Assembly (NCBI GenBank): GCA_027923505.1
Contig: BROI01000003.1
Location: forward strand, 186,001 to 250,000
Direction of reading: 5' to 3'
DNA length: 64,000 bases
Source: Mayamaea pseudoterrestris
Taxonomy: Eukaryota
The position numbers were made by a program, and so were the translations under genes. Within the stretch, counting starts at the first letter, position 1. Each line of letters opens with the position of its first letter. The notes under the pieces were generated by a model, which saw nothing but the letters and a program-made list of their open reading frames with translations, was not told the origin of the DNA and made no database searches. This document shows positions 44,471 through 56,085 of this stretch, one piece after another.

Positions 44471-47400
44471 TGATTGCGAGGCGCCGCGCCACGACTGTGA
44501 GAAGTAGTGCAGTGGAGAGCAAGAACAGATTTCAAGGACGACGCATTATTGGTGGCTGCGTAACTTAGCGAAGATCACTAGGGGGCTATCTGTCACGCGC
44601 TACTTTTCAGGCTTGACATTGAGCCTTCACGAGGGGATGTCTTCGGGGATAGCATGTAGGTAGTTTATAAAAAAAAATCTGGCGTATCATGCTTCGTACT
44701 TCGTTCCGTATACGATCGAGCGATGCGAGCTATCAACATAGTTTGGATCGAGTGACATAGCTAACTCATCAAGACACACTTTCACGAGCCGAAAGTCTTC
44801 GCGCAAATCAACCATTCTTTTAAACGCCTGTTCATTCCGCGGTCAAAGTACTTGTGTTGGTGCAAACTTGACCGCAAGCTTTAGAAACAATGCGTCGCAC
44901 CAACGACGGCATGTTAGTGCGGCCGCAGTGGTCTGCTCAACGAATGAAGACGAAATTCGCACAGTATAGTGCAGTTCATTTAATTTTCGATTCTCTTACA
45001 AATGAAGCCAAGGCGGCATGGCGAGGTCATTGACAGTAAAGGTCAGTTCATTTTGGCGGAGCGGGTGAAACACGCAATGATATGAAACTGGCGACCGAGC
45101 GATCTACAATGTAGTCTCTCTTCTTCGGCAAGGTGCGAGCTGAAGGGGAAGGTCGTTTGTGGTTGGTGTGCAGCGACATCGGTTTGCAGCGAGTCTCCCG
45201 TCTGCCATGTGATTTGGGCGCTCGAATCGGCGATGAGAACAAGATCTTATCCATGTCGCTTCGGTACTGAACAGAACCGCTGCGACTTTCCAAAAATTGG
45301 CCACTAATCCGCCATCAGCCATGGGCCATGGACCACATACATGGCGTTTGCTGGGCGAATGGCAATGAGATGTAACGACCGTATGCCTACAGCATAATGA
45401 AAAAGATTCTATCAGGTTTAAAGATGGCTAAATGGCGACAGGGAACTGCAGCAGGCTGCCATGTTCAGCCAGTCGACATGTCCACAAGCAAAAGCCAACA
45501 TGAGGGACCACAGCAAGTCAAGCGAAACATCAACACAAGTAAATTGGATAGAAAGCGAAGATAATTCTACGTCATAATTCTTGCATTTTTCATACTTGTG
45601 TCTCGAGCAATAAGGCTTGGATCTCCGGCTTTTGCCTGCCGCGATGCCGTCAAGCGTAACGTTTCTCGGGCTGGTTCCGATGCTTGCAAATCCGTCGTCT
45701 TGACGGCACGATGCACGCCCGTTGCTTGACAGTCTCCGCAGTCATCTATTCACGTAACCTGGATGAAAGGATTTCAATGTTGCACTGGTGTAGCGCGGTG
45801 ACGCTCGCCGGTCAAAATGTCCTTCAAATCCAGTGGCAACCGCTCCTCGCTCGCTCCTTTTTTATCATTCGCCGTTTGCGACACATCAATCAACATGTCT
45901 TTTCCGAAGATTAAAATTACTCAGCAATTTACTTGACTCATCACTGTTTGGCACGAGCGCTCCGTCCGTCCCTTCGACTTTGCCGCTATTTTGTCAAAGT
46001 GGAAACTCCCGACCAGTTCGTTGTCCTTCGTTCGCCGCCCACAAAGGGCGTGCATTGCCCTTTTTTAAACGATTGTGATCGACATCCGTCGACATGGCAC
46101 ATTTGTTTGGTGTATTGCTCTGCTTGAGACTTGAAAAGTGTGGCGTTTGTGATACAGCTGTTTGTTTACCTGCAACTCAATTCTGCATGTCATATTCGCT
46201 TTGATTGCGCTTGGCTGACGTTATATGCCGAGTACCCGAGCTCGAAATGCTACGTGGTATCTGCATACGGCTTTGTGTGTCGCACGACACAAGACGCTGC
46301 ATCCTGGAATATGTTCGGGCAGCATTATCAGTGGGTTGGGCAGTAGTTGTCGGCATTTAAAAGCAGCATAGGGGCTACACGAACAAATTAATCCGCAAGC
46401 AGCAAGTTGCCAGTCTCTCTATCTACTCTGAGCTTCTGCTTTGGTCACCTCGGTTGATCTGCTGTGAGTTTGCAGACGACTCGTCCTTGTAGCTCGAATG
46501 GAGCCATTCATCGGCGTACAGGCGCGGCCAGCTTTACAAGATAGCAACCCGACTGAACAGTGGTGGACATGACGCATGTTGCAGTACATGCGATACTCTT
46601 GTGACGGATATGATGGGGCCTCGCTTCTTTTTAAATGTCGGTGATTTCGATGCAGTGCCTTGGGTTTTGTCACCATGAGGCAACCGTGCTTTTGCTCCGA
46701 AACGACTATGCCCTTGGGAAAGGATAGTCTCATATATCTGCTGATGTGAGCAGAGGCGGGTCGACCGATAGCTCCCTCAAACAAATTTGATATGGCAGCA
46801 GTGTACTATACTTGATTCAATGGAGTTGCGGCAGTAGCATTTCCTGTCCTTGCGTGCTCACATATTATTGCTATCAACGCATGCTTGCGCTTGTGAGTTT
46901 CGATTGACGACTTTGCAACATGTTTTTGAAGAACCCTATAAGGTTGTGCTTGTTTGCTGATGGTCGTCGCGGCAAAATACTTGAACCTTTTAGCTCACTG
47001 TAAAGGTACACACATTTCTGGTTATTTTCCTGCGGTACATGCCATGAGGCTCAGGATTTTGGTAAAATGAGCAACGTCTTTGCGTTGTTGTCGTCGCTAA
47101 ATTTTGTGAGCATTGTGGCGAACGACGAATTGAGACCGTGTCCGATAAAGCTGCGGGCCGACTGCAATGTTGGCATGAGGTCTGGCACTACGCATTCCGC
47201 TCGAATGTTTTCTGCATTTCTTGAGCCGTTCCATCCTTATGATTCGGAACGAAATCAATCATCAATCACCCAGGTTCGGCTCGCAGCCTGGGATTAGTCC
47301 GCAATAGACAGCAATTCACACCAGCTTCAGTTGCATATCTAGCGGAGATATGCACGCGAAAAATCACCATGCAGTTGTTTCCCCTTGCTCACAACTTGGT

Positions 47401-49013
47401 TGATGTGTATCGAAGGCAGTTAATTCGGCTTGCCGAATATGCAGTTGCGAGTTGGACGATGCTTTGTGGTGTCCCATTTGCAACTGAGGATCATATAGTG
47501 GTTAACTTCTATCCAAGCCCTGGCTTGTGACACTTTTTTCGCGGCGAAGCTGATACCTGTTAAATCGCAGCAGAGCTGCAGTGCTTATTGTCCTCCGCTT
47601 TCATCGACGCGCACGCCTTAGTAGCGATTAAGATCATAAGCACCACCAGCCTTCCGCATTCATGACGAGTTTCAGCTCAACGATTTGAAGCACCAAGTAT
47701 GCAATTGTCGTGCTTGCGCGACATGAATATATTATGCACACCCACCAGTTGACATGCTGCTTGATGCGGCAAAAGGATCAACGAGATCGATCCCATACTG
47801 ATAGATGTCGTCCCTTGGGTTTCGATTCTCTGCTACTAGAAGTCTGCTTCCCTGGTTCGCAGAGGACAATAGGACGATGTTAGACCGACGCCACTTTTGC
47901 AAAAAGATAAAATGGCGAAGGATATTTGCCGACGCCCGTACTATCGCCATCTCAGCACCGAGGTTAATTCGCGCAGCAAAATACGAACCGACCTCGACAT
48001 TTACCGTCTCTAAAAGCATTAAGCGAGATCGCAAACCAATTGTCACTTCCAGTCACTTTCGCTGGCACGAAGTAGCGCAACGACGATGACAAGCAATTTA
48101 CAACTGACATGTAAAGTTTCCGAAACATGGCAGACTACCCACAGTACGTCGACCGACTGGCTTGAAATAGCTGGAGTAGAGTTGCAACATCGTTGCAACA
48201 CTAAACACATTATGACTTTGGGCCGCGAGAGAAGATTTTCTCCTTAAGACGCTACTTGCCAATATAGGCCGGCAGTGGTGTATCGCAGGACAAACGTCAG
48301 ATTCTCTTTTGGTTCTCTTTGGCTAGTTTCGTTCGAAAAATTTTATATGAGACTATTCAACGCGGCAATTATCTTTGAGCTGTCCCCGGTGCTTACAATA
48401 CACGCAAAATTTGAGTATCATCGCATCATGGTGATCATCTCTGGTCGGAGGAGTGCAAAGTGTTATCAGGCTCAGGAGCCATGGAATGCTGCAGCAATAA
48501 GTAATCTACACAGCCATATCCAAGCATATCGTTTGCTACCTTTCGCACCGTCTGCTGTGAAATGGAGGGACGAATCGCCACGCAAGCATACTGCGGTAGC
48601 ATGTCTCTCGTACTGAATCACTGTTAAGGGCGTGTCGGCTTCACAGCGGAGCTGTTGGCTTATGCTAGACGCGTCTGCGACTTCTGCTGCCACCATCCCC
48701 CAAAGTATGTACTCGCAGTACAGTGACTGATTCGCAATAAGATTCTGGCTCAAGAATAATCCTTATATTTGGGAGCGTCCACTTGCGACAGCATGGTTGG
48801 CACGCTCCTCGCTCGAGCTTGCGTTCCTCTGTCCATCTGTGCATATGCAGGCAGCAACAGAGGCTTGCTATTGATGGCTCTCTTTTGTGGCAATCCGCGT
48901 CGGTGTAGCTGCAAATTACGAACGACTGCGTCGTCAGTGTATCGTGGCGCAACCTAGTTGACGTTGAATTTGGCTCGAGGGTCTCACAAACATGGCAGTG
49001 AACTACGCACTCC

Positions 49014-49313
49014 CGGCTCATTATATTTAATCAGCCAGTTCACATTAAGGGAGTGGCAATCCATCAATCTGTTGTGCATAGCATGGCCAACACCTGCCGG
49101 TAGTGTTGTCCGCCGCACTCGTCTAAAGATTGGACACTTTTTAACGGGCAGCGGTGACGAAACTCTCGGCTCATTATATTTATCAGCCAGTTCACATTAA
49201 GGGAGTGGCAATTTATCATTCTGTTGTGCATAGCATGGCCAACACCTGCCGGTAGTGATGTCCGCCGCACTCGTCTAAAGATTGGACACTTTTAACGGGC
49301 AGCGGTGACGAAA
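49014..49313. repeat. ~153 bp tandem duplication (2 near-identical copies)
   Basis: cggctcattatatt...cagcggtgacgaaa starts at 49014 and again at 49167, with a few substitutions and 1 bp indels. Confidence 0.95.
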
Positions 49314-49579
49314 TCGGCAGCTTCATTGACAAAATTAAGTGGGCGTCTGTAATATGTAATAGTTTTGGATTCCTAGTCTAGAAAGAGTTTATGTATTAGC
49401 TATGCATAGGAATGATAAGATTGGTGACCGAACGCGAATTGCGAAGAACGCGAACTCTATCGGATATTCATTATCGCCCCTTCCGTCCTTTCACGCGAGG
49501 TTGCAGCGGCGCATTGGATCTGAACCGTTTTGCTTTTCGTCCATCGACATTTACGTCGTCTCTCTCTTGTTGCTACAAA

Positions 49580-50468
49580 ATGATGAAGGCCTTAGCCATC
49601 TGTTTCGTTCTGAGCAGTCTGCTTGTCAGTTCCTGCTTGAAACCTACCGTGAGCCCGGAATCCAAGTCGCTAGAGGTACGAACTCTCAATGTTACCGCTT
49701 TGTCGTTTCCAGTGGGGTCGTTTCAATATTGCAACGTGTAAGCACTTGCAGCGCAGCAGCTTACTTTACTTGTCTCACGCTGCCATTTTATTTGTGCTTC
49801 TGCAGCTCGGCATGGACCATGGCTTAGGCAGAGTCCATGACTTGTGTCATGTGGCCTCCGATGTTTCGGAAATGAAGAAACACTGCAAGTACACGTCCTC
49901 GCCCGTCGCGCACCAACTACAAAGTGAATCGCCAATCGAGTCAGAGTATGCTCCGTCGCCTCAGCAGGGCTCTACGCCGACGATGCATGGAAGTTACATG
50001 TACAAAAGGATGGAGCCCATTGAAACAAGCTTCCCCACTGATTGCCCGATCCCTGACGAACGCGCGGGCTGGCACGAAAGCACAATTCTCATACTTGCGG
50101 CAATTCTAGCTGGCCGTGTATTCACGCTCCAGCGGGCGCTTGATGGCGCAAATAAACGACGTTGCGAGACTGAGCTTAATGCGGCTGCGATCGCCCAAAG
50201 CAAGATGGAACATTACAGAGACCAGGAAATGCTTTTGAGTAAGTGTGCCATGACGATTGATCGTCTGCACAAGGATTTAAGTATCATGCAGAAGCAGATC
50301 ATGCTCAATAAGAAGAAAGAACAGGCTCTAGGTAAAGCCGTCGCGGGGATCTATCAGCGTATCCAGATTGCTGCTGCTGCGGGAGTCGCAGTCGAGTGGA
50401 CTGAATGGCGTGAGCCCCTTTTGGAAATGCTTGACCGTGCTGAAAGCCTTCTCGATGAGACAACGTAG
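49580..50468 (+). CDS. Hypothetical signal-peptide/TM coiled-coil protein; probable intron 49676-49805
   Basis: MMKALAICFVLSSLLVSSC signal-like exon joins in phase (GTACG...CAG) to an ORF with a hydrophobic segment (ILILAAILAG) and a coiled coil. Confidence 0.5.
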
Positions 50469-50603
50469 ATTTAAAGGTTTACAACCGTTGCCGACGTTTA
50501 TCTAGAACTTCCACACAAAAACTTTTCTATTTTCAAGAGCTTATAACATGCGTATCGTCGATTGGCACTCCAAAATAAAATCTTGGTTCACACGTCGCAT
50601 GAT

Positions 50604-53040
50604 TCAGCGCTTTTTACGCCGTGAGTTTGTCAGGAAGGGATTTGCTTTCGTTTGCGGTGAGGGAAACGATGTCTCTGGGGGTAGTCCTAAGGCGCGGCAA
50701 GCGTTGTTGCACACATGAGTCGCAAAGAATGCTCTCATTCCCTTTTCACCAAGATCTGTTCGCCCAAACTTCAAATTCTGGAGAAAGGGGTTTTTCTTGC
50801 GCGTGTGAACCGCTGGGTCCGTGAATATAAATTCCCGCCGGCCATCCGAATGAATCTTCAAAGAACCTTGTAGGTCGACCACTATAGATTGTCTATTGCT
50901 TTTGAGGTAGGAGAAGTGGCTAAAAGCTTGAGCAAAGTCACCGTCAGGTATCACTTCGTCTGTCATAACTGGCGCGGCACAAACATGTTGTCCATCAACT
51001 AGATGATCAAAATATTCCGTGCCTTCGCAGGAAGAAAATTGGGTCAGATTGGCGTCTTGCACAAACGCTTTGCCCCAACTGTCCTCACTCTGAGAGCTTT
51101 CTTCTTCCGACTGAGAATTTTCGTCATCCGATTCTTCCGCCACGGCCGCCAGCAATGGAGCACTTTTGCCTCCCATGTTCGTTTTTCGACCAACTTTGGA
51201 CGACATTGCTGCCTTGTTTACCCCATCCTCAGCAGAGGTGGCCTCAAAAAGATCACCATAATTACCGTTATATTTTGTATACTCTCCGTCAATGAATGGC
51301 TCGACAAGAACATTGTACGTCTTTGAGTCGTCGACAAGTTCAAATATGAGCGGCTCAAGGAAGCAAATCCGAGGAAAGGCATGCACGCGTTGCTGAACAT
51401 CTGCTGCGTTCCGTGCAGCTAAATCATCGAAATACTCATTAAACTTATCCGCACATCGGGATGCGAAAACCTGCGCCGTCATGAACTGTATATGATCCCT
51501 GCGATTATGTTCGTCAGGGCGATAATGAACAAACCTTGACTCCTTTGCCACCATGACTGGCCCAATAAATTCGTCGTCATCATTGAGGAAACGAAACTTA
51601 TAAGCGACGCGTTCTGCTCCTTCGCCAAAACATGCTCGCTTCCATGCAACATTGTAAGATATAATGTCCTTCTTTTGCACAGCTCCTTTTCGTCGTTCCT
51701 GAAGCATCGCGCCACAATCCTCTTTTTGGTGTCCGCGCCACATACCGTCAGCAAAGCACCCGCTGCATAAATATGTTGCTTTGCACCCATTACAAATTTC
51801 GCCCCTTGTCCCTGTCTCCCAGGCTTGATCAGCAACAAGCGAGAAACAGGAATGGCAACGACGGTCTAAAACTCGACAAAAGTCACCGTCTCTAGTATTC
51901 CATTTCCAAATGTGTTTGGTGTGTTGACTGCTTTTTGAGGCACGAAAGATTCGCCAATCAACCGAGGGCACATGGTCATCAGGTGTGTAGCTGCGCTCCC
52001 GAAGAATATCGATGCGGACCGACTTTCCTGGGACCGTCTTTCCTCGCCCGGTTTGCGAGAGTTCCCTCTTGGTTAACGCAAGCGTCGAAACATGATACGA
52101 AATAATTCGAGAAAGAGAATCTAAATCAAAGCTTGATGTGCATGATGGATGGTCAAACCAACCATTTGCTCCGTATGCTGCCGCTTCGTTGGCCATTTTG
52201 ATTAAAACGCTGAAATCTTCATCTCGGTCTGCAAGGCCAACGCAGCCGAAAGTCAAGCGACGACCAAATTGAGATGCTATTTCCCCAACGGTCTTTACAA
52301 TGTTGCTAGTCGCCCCTGCATCTGATGGTTTACCATCCGAGCAAAAAAAGACGGAGAGACCGACTGATCCCAAAGTGTTTAGTTGCAAGAGTTTTTGAAC
52401 CTGTGTCAACGCAGGAAGGTAGTTTCCATGGCCTTCTGGCCGGAACTTCGACCATTCTTTCATGGCCACGAGCTTGTTATAAAGAGCCCAGGTCATTGGC
52501 TCATGCCGTATAGCAACCTTTGCTCGCTTGCCCATCAGCACGACGGAGACTATATCAAACCAGTTCTTTTCCTTGTCCAAGTGAGCTTTCACAAAGTCAC
52601 GCGCGAGGCATGTCCATACTCCATCAGACCGACAGCGGGCTCACATTCATCGTCGGTTCGCATTGATCCGGACATGTCTACAACGAGAATGTGATGATTC
52701 GTCCATCGCTCCCTTCTTCGACAACGCATCAAAGTCCTCGTGACTGCTGCAAAAATACTGTTCAGTTGACGTGTTCCGTGTCCTTCATAACAACATGACT
52801 GGATCGACAAACTTGGGAACCAGACTTTGTGCCGCACTTATCCTTGTGGGGTAACAAGTTATAGCACGATTGCGTTTCTGCGTCGTGCACATAATACGTT
52901 CCGCCGAAGGTGTACCCGACTCTTGCCATTTTCAAGTGGTTCCAGGACAAGCCCATTCGTCTCGCTTTCTCGAGCGCGAACTTGGCAATGTTACGTTCCT
53001 CACACGTTCTCGATGTGTGACGTTGACACGAGTGTCGAGT
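50604..53040 (-). pseudogene. vWA + alpha-kinase (eEF2K/MHCK family) gene; 3' ~2 kb intact, 5' part frameshifted (pseudogene or assembly errors)
   Basis: FGEGAERVAYK, VAKESRF, QAFSHFSY, VVDLQG, FTDPAVH, GRTDLG, HVCNNAC; the vWA motif VVDMSGSM is in a different frame from the main ORF. Confidence 0.7.
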
Positions 53041-53076
53041 TGGCGAAATAGCTACTTCGGAATCGCTGGGTGCTTG

Positions 53077-53523
53077 TCATGCTGGTGGCGCTTGCAGCTG
53101 ATTGCTGTCTTGTATGATGGCTATGGAACTGTGGTATGAAGGCTTTATCAGAGTTTTTTGCAGCAGAAACGTCGGCGATTGAACGGTCGTGTGCTGAGAG
53201 GCAAGTTTAGTCATCGCTCGTGATTTATGATGCTCGTTGCTTTTCTTCAAGAAGAAACGGATCATATGTCGGACCATTAATGCTGAGTCGGTCCGTTGCA
53301 CCGTCATTTCAACGTTAGCAGCGCTACAAACCCAGCACCGGATTGGGGAAGCGCATGCATCGACGAATGTAGCTGGTGCTTGGTGAGTATTGTTATTATT
53401 GTTACTGTTAGTACTTGTTGCCTCCTTGTCTCGATTGTCGTGAGCGGAAAAGGTTTCCTGCTGCTGCGCGACGAGAGGATGAATGGCGGCTGGCGGCGAT
53501 TGCTCTAGTAGCTCGTTGGACAT
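53077..53523 (-). CDS. Low-complexity ORF, possibly the 5' part of the alpha-kinase locus
   Basis: ATG-initiated 148-aa ORF on the same strand directly upstream; no motif recognised. Confidence 0.3.
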   Translation of the reverse strand: MSNELLEQSPPAAIHPLVAQQQETFSAHDNRDKEATSTNSNNNNNTHQAPATFVDACASPIRCWVCSAANVEMTVQRTDSALMVRHMIRFFLKKSNEHHKSRAMTKLASQHTTVQSPTFLLQKTLIKPSYHSSIAIIQDSNQLQAPPA

Positions 53524-54369
53524 GGCGTCGTCGTCAAGTATATATTACTTGCTTCTCCTTCTCCTTCTTTCGATAGTAGATCGAGTCAATATCGTCTCGG
53601 CTGCTTCATTTACATAATGACAAAGGCGGAGTGTTTTTCATGTGTGCGGATCATGGATCAACATGGAAGTTCGTTCCGCCGCGCCGCATGAGTCATAACC
53701 GCTGCGATGCCCAGCTAGGGAGTCCGAGGTTTTAGGGAGTGCGAGGTTTTACCTCACTACTGGTAGTATGTACTTGTAGTCCTACATCTTGTAGCGCACC
53801 TGAATTAGCACCATTTTGACTTGATTTGGGCATACACGTGGCTCAAGCTATGGGCATTTGAAAGGCATGGCAGCTGCTGGCTGAGACTGGTGACAAGAAG
53901 TTATCACCAATCCCACTGCATTCTACCAAGGGACCAGACTGGCACTTCATCTTGTGGCGCACTCTAACTAAAAATTCTTGCAAGTGTCCATGGGTTGGCT
54001 CTGAGAGTGGGGTGTTGATATATCACGGTTGCTGCTGGCTGGAACTGGTAAGAAGTTCAGACAGTTTTTTAATAACCTTGGCGCAAAGGTTGCTCACATA
54101 CACTTGCATCATTGAACACATTCATCATTTTTAGCGCATCTACATCTACAATCAATACGTTCAATACAAACTGTTATCCAAAGAGTAGTCTATTCAAACA
54201 CAATCGCATCATAAACCGGAAATCACTAGACGAAATCACTTTGTAACCGACATTATCAGCACTCACGAGGACGGTAACAGCAGGTTGTACTATGTAGCCT
54301 CGATACCATATGAATAGGGTGTATATGTAACATGCATTTTATCTACAAACAATACTCCATTCGCACTAC

Positions 54370-55602
54370 CTACTGCAGCACCATGTGCGTATCCTTCCAA
54401 TACTTTTCCTGCTCTCGCTCCTTGATCAAGACTTCCGGTGGCTTTCGATTCTGTCCGTTCACTCCCATGGCCAGTATCAAAGCTCCAATCAAACCAAAGT
54501 ATCCAGTCGTCAGCGCCACACGCTGCGCTCCCGTAATCTTGTAGTAATTGGGTGGCATGTGCGCTGGATTGTAAAAGCGCTGAAAGGTTTCGTACCCACC
54601 GGCAATCATGATCAAGTAAAAGAGCGGATTCACAATCGGCAGCGTATACGCCAGTGATCCGCCGATACCCAAGCCAGCGACTCCCGCATACTTGCTCAAC
54701 GCCCCAGCAATCCGTCCTCCATCCATACTACCCAGTGGCATCATGTTGAACAGGTTGATCATGAAACCAAAGTCGGCCAGTGCGTACAACAGCTGCGAGT
54801 CTGTACACGCCGCCACCACCGCCACTCCCAACGCGCCAGCACTTCCCAGCGCCGGTCCTCCAAACGCCACGAGGGCATCCTCCCACGCGTCGCGCGGCTG
54901 CTGGCGCATGGCAATGATTGCGCCCATGAAGGGCACAAAGACCATGGGGCTGAACGGAATGTTGCGACGCAGCATGACCAAGGCGTGGCCCGTTTCGTGC
55001 ACCAATATCAGTCCCACCATGCCGGTGGCGTAGGGCAATCCGAAGAACATGCTGTAGGTGCCAATCGTGACGACCATGCTTCCCAGTGACGCAAGCTTGG
55101 TGACTTTGAGTGCGGCCAATAAATACTTTGTCTTGCCAAGCAGCAACGAGGCGGCTCCGACTACACTGGCACCCTGCGCGAGTCGGTTGCTGCGCGTCGG
55201 AGGAGGAAGAGGAGGGCGCGAAGAGCTGGCAAAGGAGCGGCGATCGTGCATGGTGGCGAGTGATGCGAGTGGTATGTTGTTGTTGTATATGCTGCTGTAT
55301 ATGCTATTTCCAAACGAAACGCTTCCCGATGCATGCGACAGCGGAGAGAATCGTCCTTGACCATGAAGCATGACGGATCCTTTCATTGTCGTATGGCAGC
55401 AGCTCCTCCATGATGACTCTTGCCGGATTAAATGGGCGAATGTACGTTGCTGCTGCGAACAAGGGTTTGCTGATGGTAGTCGAAGAACATGCAATGTAAG
55501 CTTCGAATGAATCATGAATCGCGTACTTGCAGCAGCACCACTCGCAGCGGCGGCGGCATGAGAATGTAATGATCCGCCGCGCAGCAATGGACGAGTCAGC
55601 AT
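54370..55602 (-). CDS. Site-2 protease / peptidase M50 family intramembrane metalloprotease
   Basis: HETGH (HExxH), FGGP, NLFNMMPLGSMDGG (NxxPxxxxDG); long S/R-rich targeting-like N-terminus. Confidence 0.9.
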   Translation of the reverse strand: MLTRPLLRGGSLHSHAAAAASGAAASTRFMIHSKLTLHVLRLPSANPCSQQQRTFAHLIRQESSWRSCCHTTMKGSVMLHGQGRFSPLSHASGSVSFGNSIYSSIYNNNIPLASLATMHDRRSFASSSRPPLPPPTRSNRLAQGASVVGAASLLLGKTKYLLAALKVTKLASLGSMVVTIGTYSMFFGLPYATGMVGLILVHETGHALVMLRRNIPFSPMVFVPFMGAIIAMRQQPRDAWEDALVAFGGPALGSAGALGVAVVAACTDSQLLYALADFGFMINLFNMMPLGSMDGGRIAGALSKYAGVAGLGIGGSLAYTLPIVNPLFYLIMIAGGYETFQRFYNPAHMPPNYYKITGAQRVALTTGYFGLIGALILAMGVNGQNRKPPEVLIKEREQEKYWKDTHMVLQ

Positions 55603-55716
55603 TACTTGATTGTCAATGCAAATAAAAGATATAGATGACGAATGGGATTGTCGATGAGCCGCAAAGAACTGACGACGCTATGGCCGATGACATCGCGGTC
55701 ACGTCGTCGATAGTCC

Positions 55717-55960
55717 ACTGTGGCTCAAATAGTAGTGACAAAAAATTAAGAATTTCATGTTGACTGTATCTCCAACAGTAGTGCCAAAAACTTTGATTTT
55801 TAACGTTTGCTGACTGTGTCTCAAAAAGTAGTGCCAAAAACCCTGGTTTAAAACGTACGTTGACTGGGGCTCAAACAGTAGTGCCAAAAACTTTGAAAGA
55901 AAGATATCAACGTTATTGACACTGTGGCTTAAAGTGTACTGCCAAAAACTTTGATTTTCA
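55717..55960. repeat. Degenerate ~50 bp repeat array, 5 units with a conserved 28 bp core
   Basis: Core resembling ACTGTGGCTCAAACAGTAGTGCCAAAAA starts at 55717, 55763, 55813, 55863 and 55921. Confidence 0.9.
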
Positions 55961-56085
55961 GTCGCAAATCGTACCGGTATTGAAGCGAGCGCCAACGAGT
56001 TGTTGCGTGCGGGTTGGTGCGACGATGAGCATCAGCAGCTGCTTCGTTCCATTTCCTCTATACGAAAACAACTTACGACAGTAGC

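Noticed and set aside
44471..49579. Transposon, tRNA or rRNA in the gene-free gap
   Set aside because: No transposase, RT or integrase motifs, terminal repeats or tRNA cloverleaf could be recognised by eye
53730..53737. Telomere-like TTTAGGG
   Set aside because: Single unit inside a 17 bp repeat, no array
55717..55960. CRISPR array
   Set aside because: Eukaryotic context, no cas genes, degenerate repeats, and short linkers that resemble each other (ctttga...aacgt) rather than unique spacers
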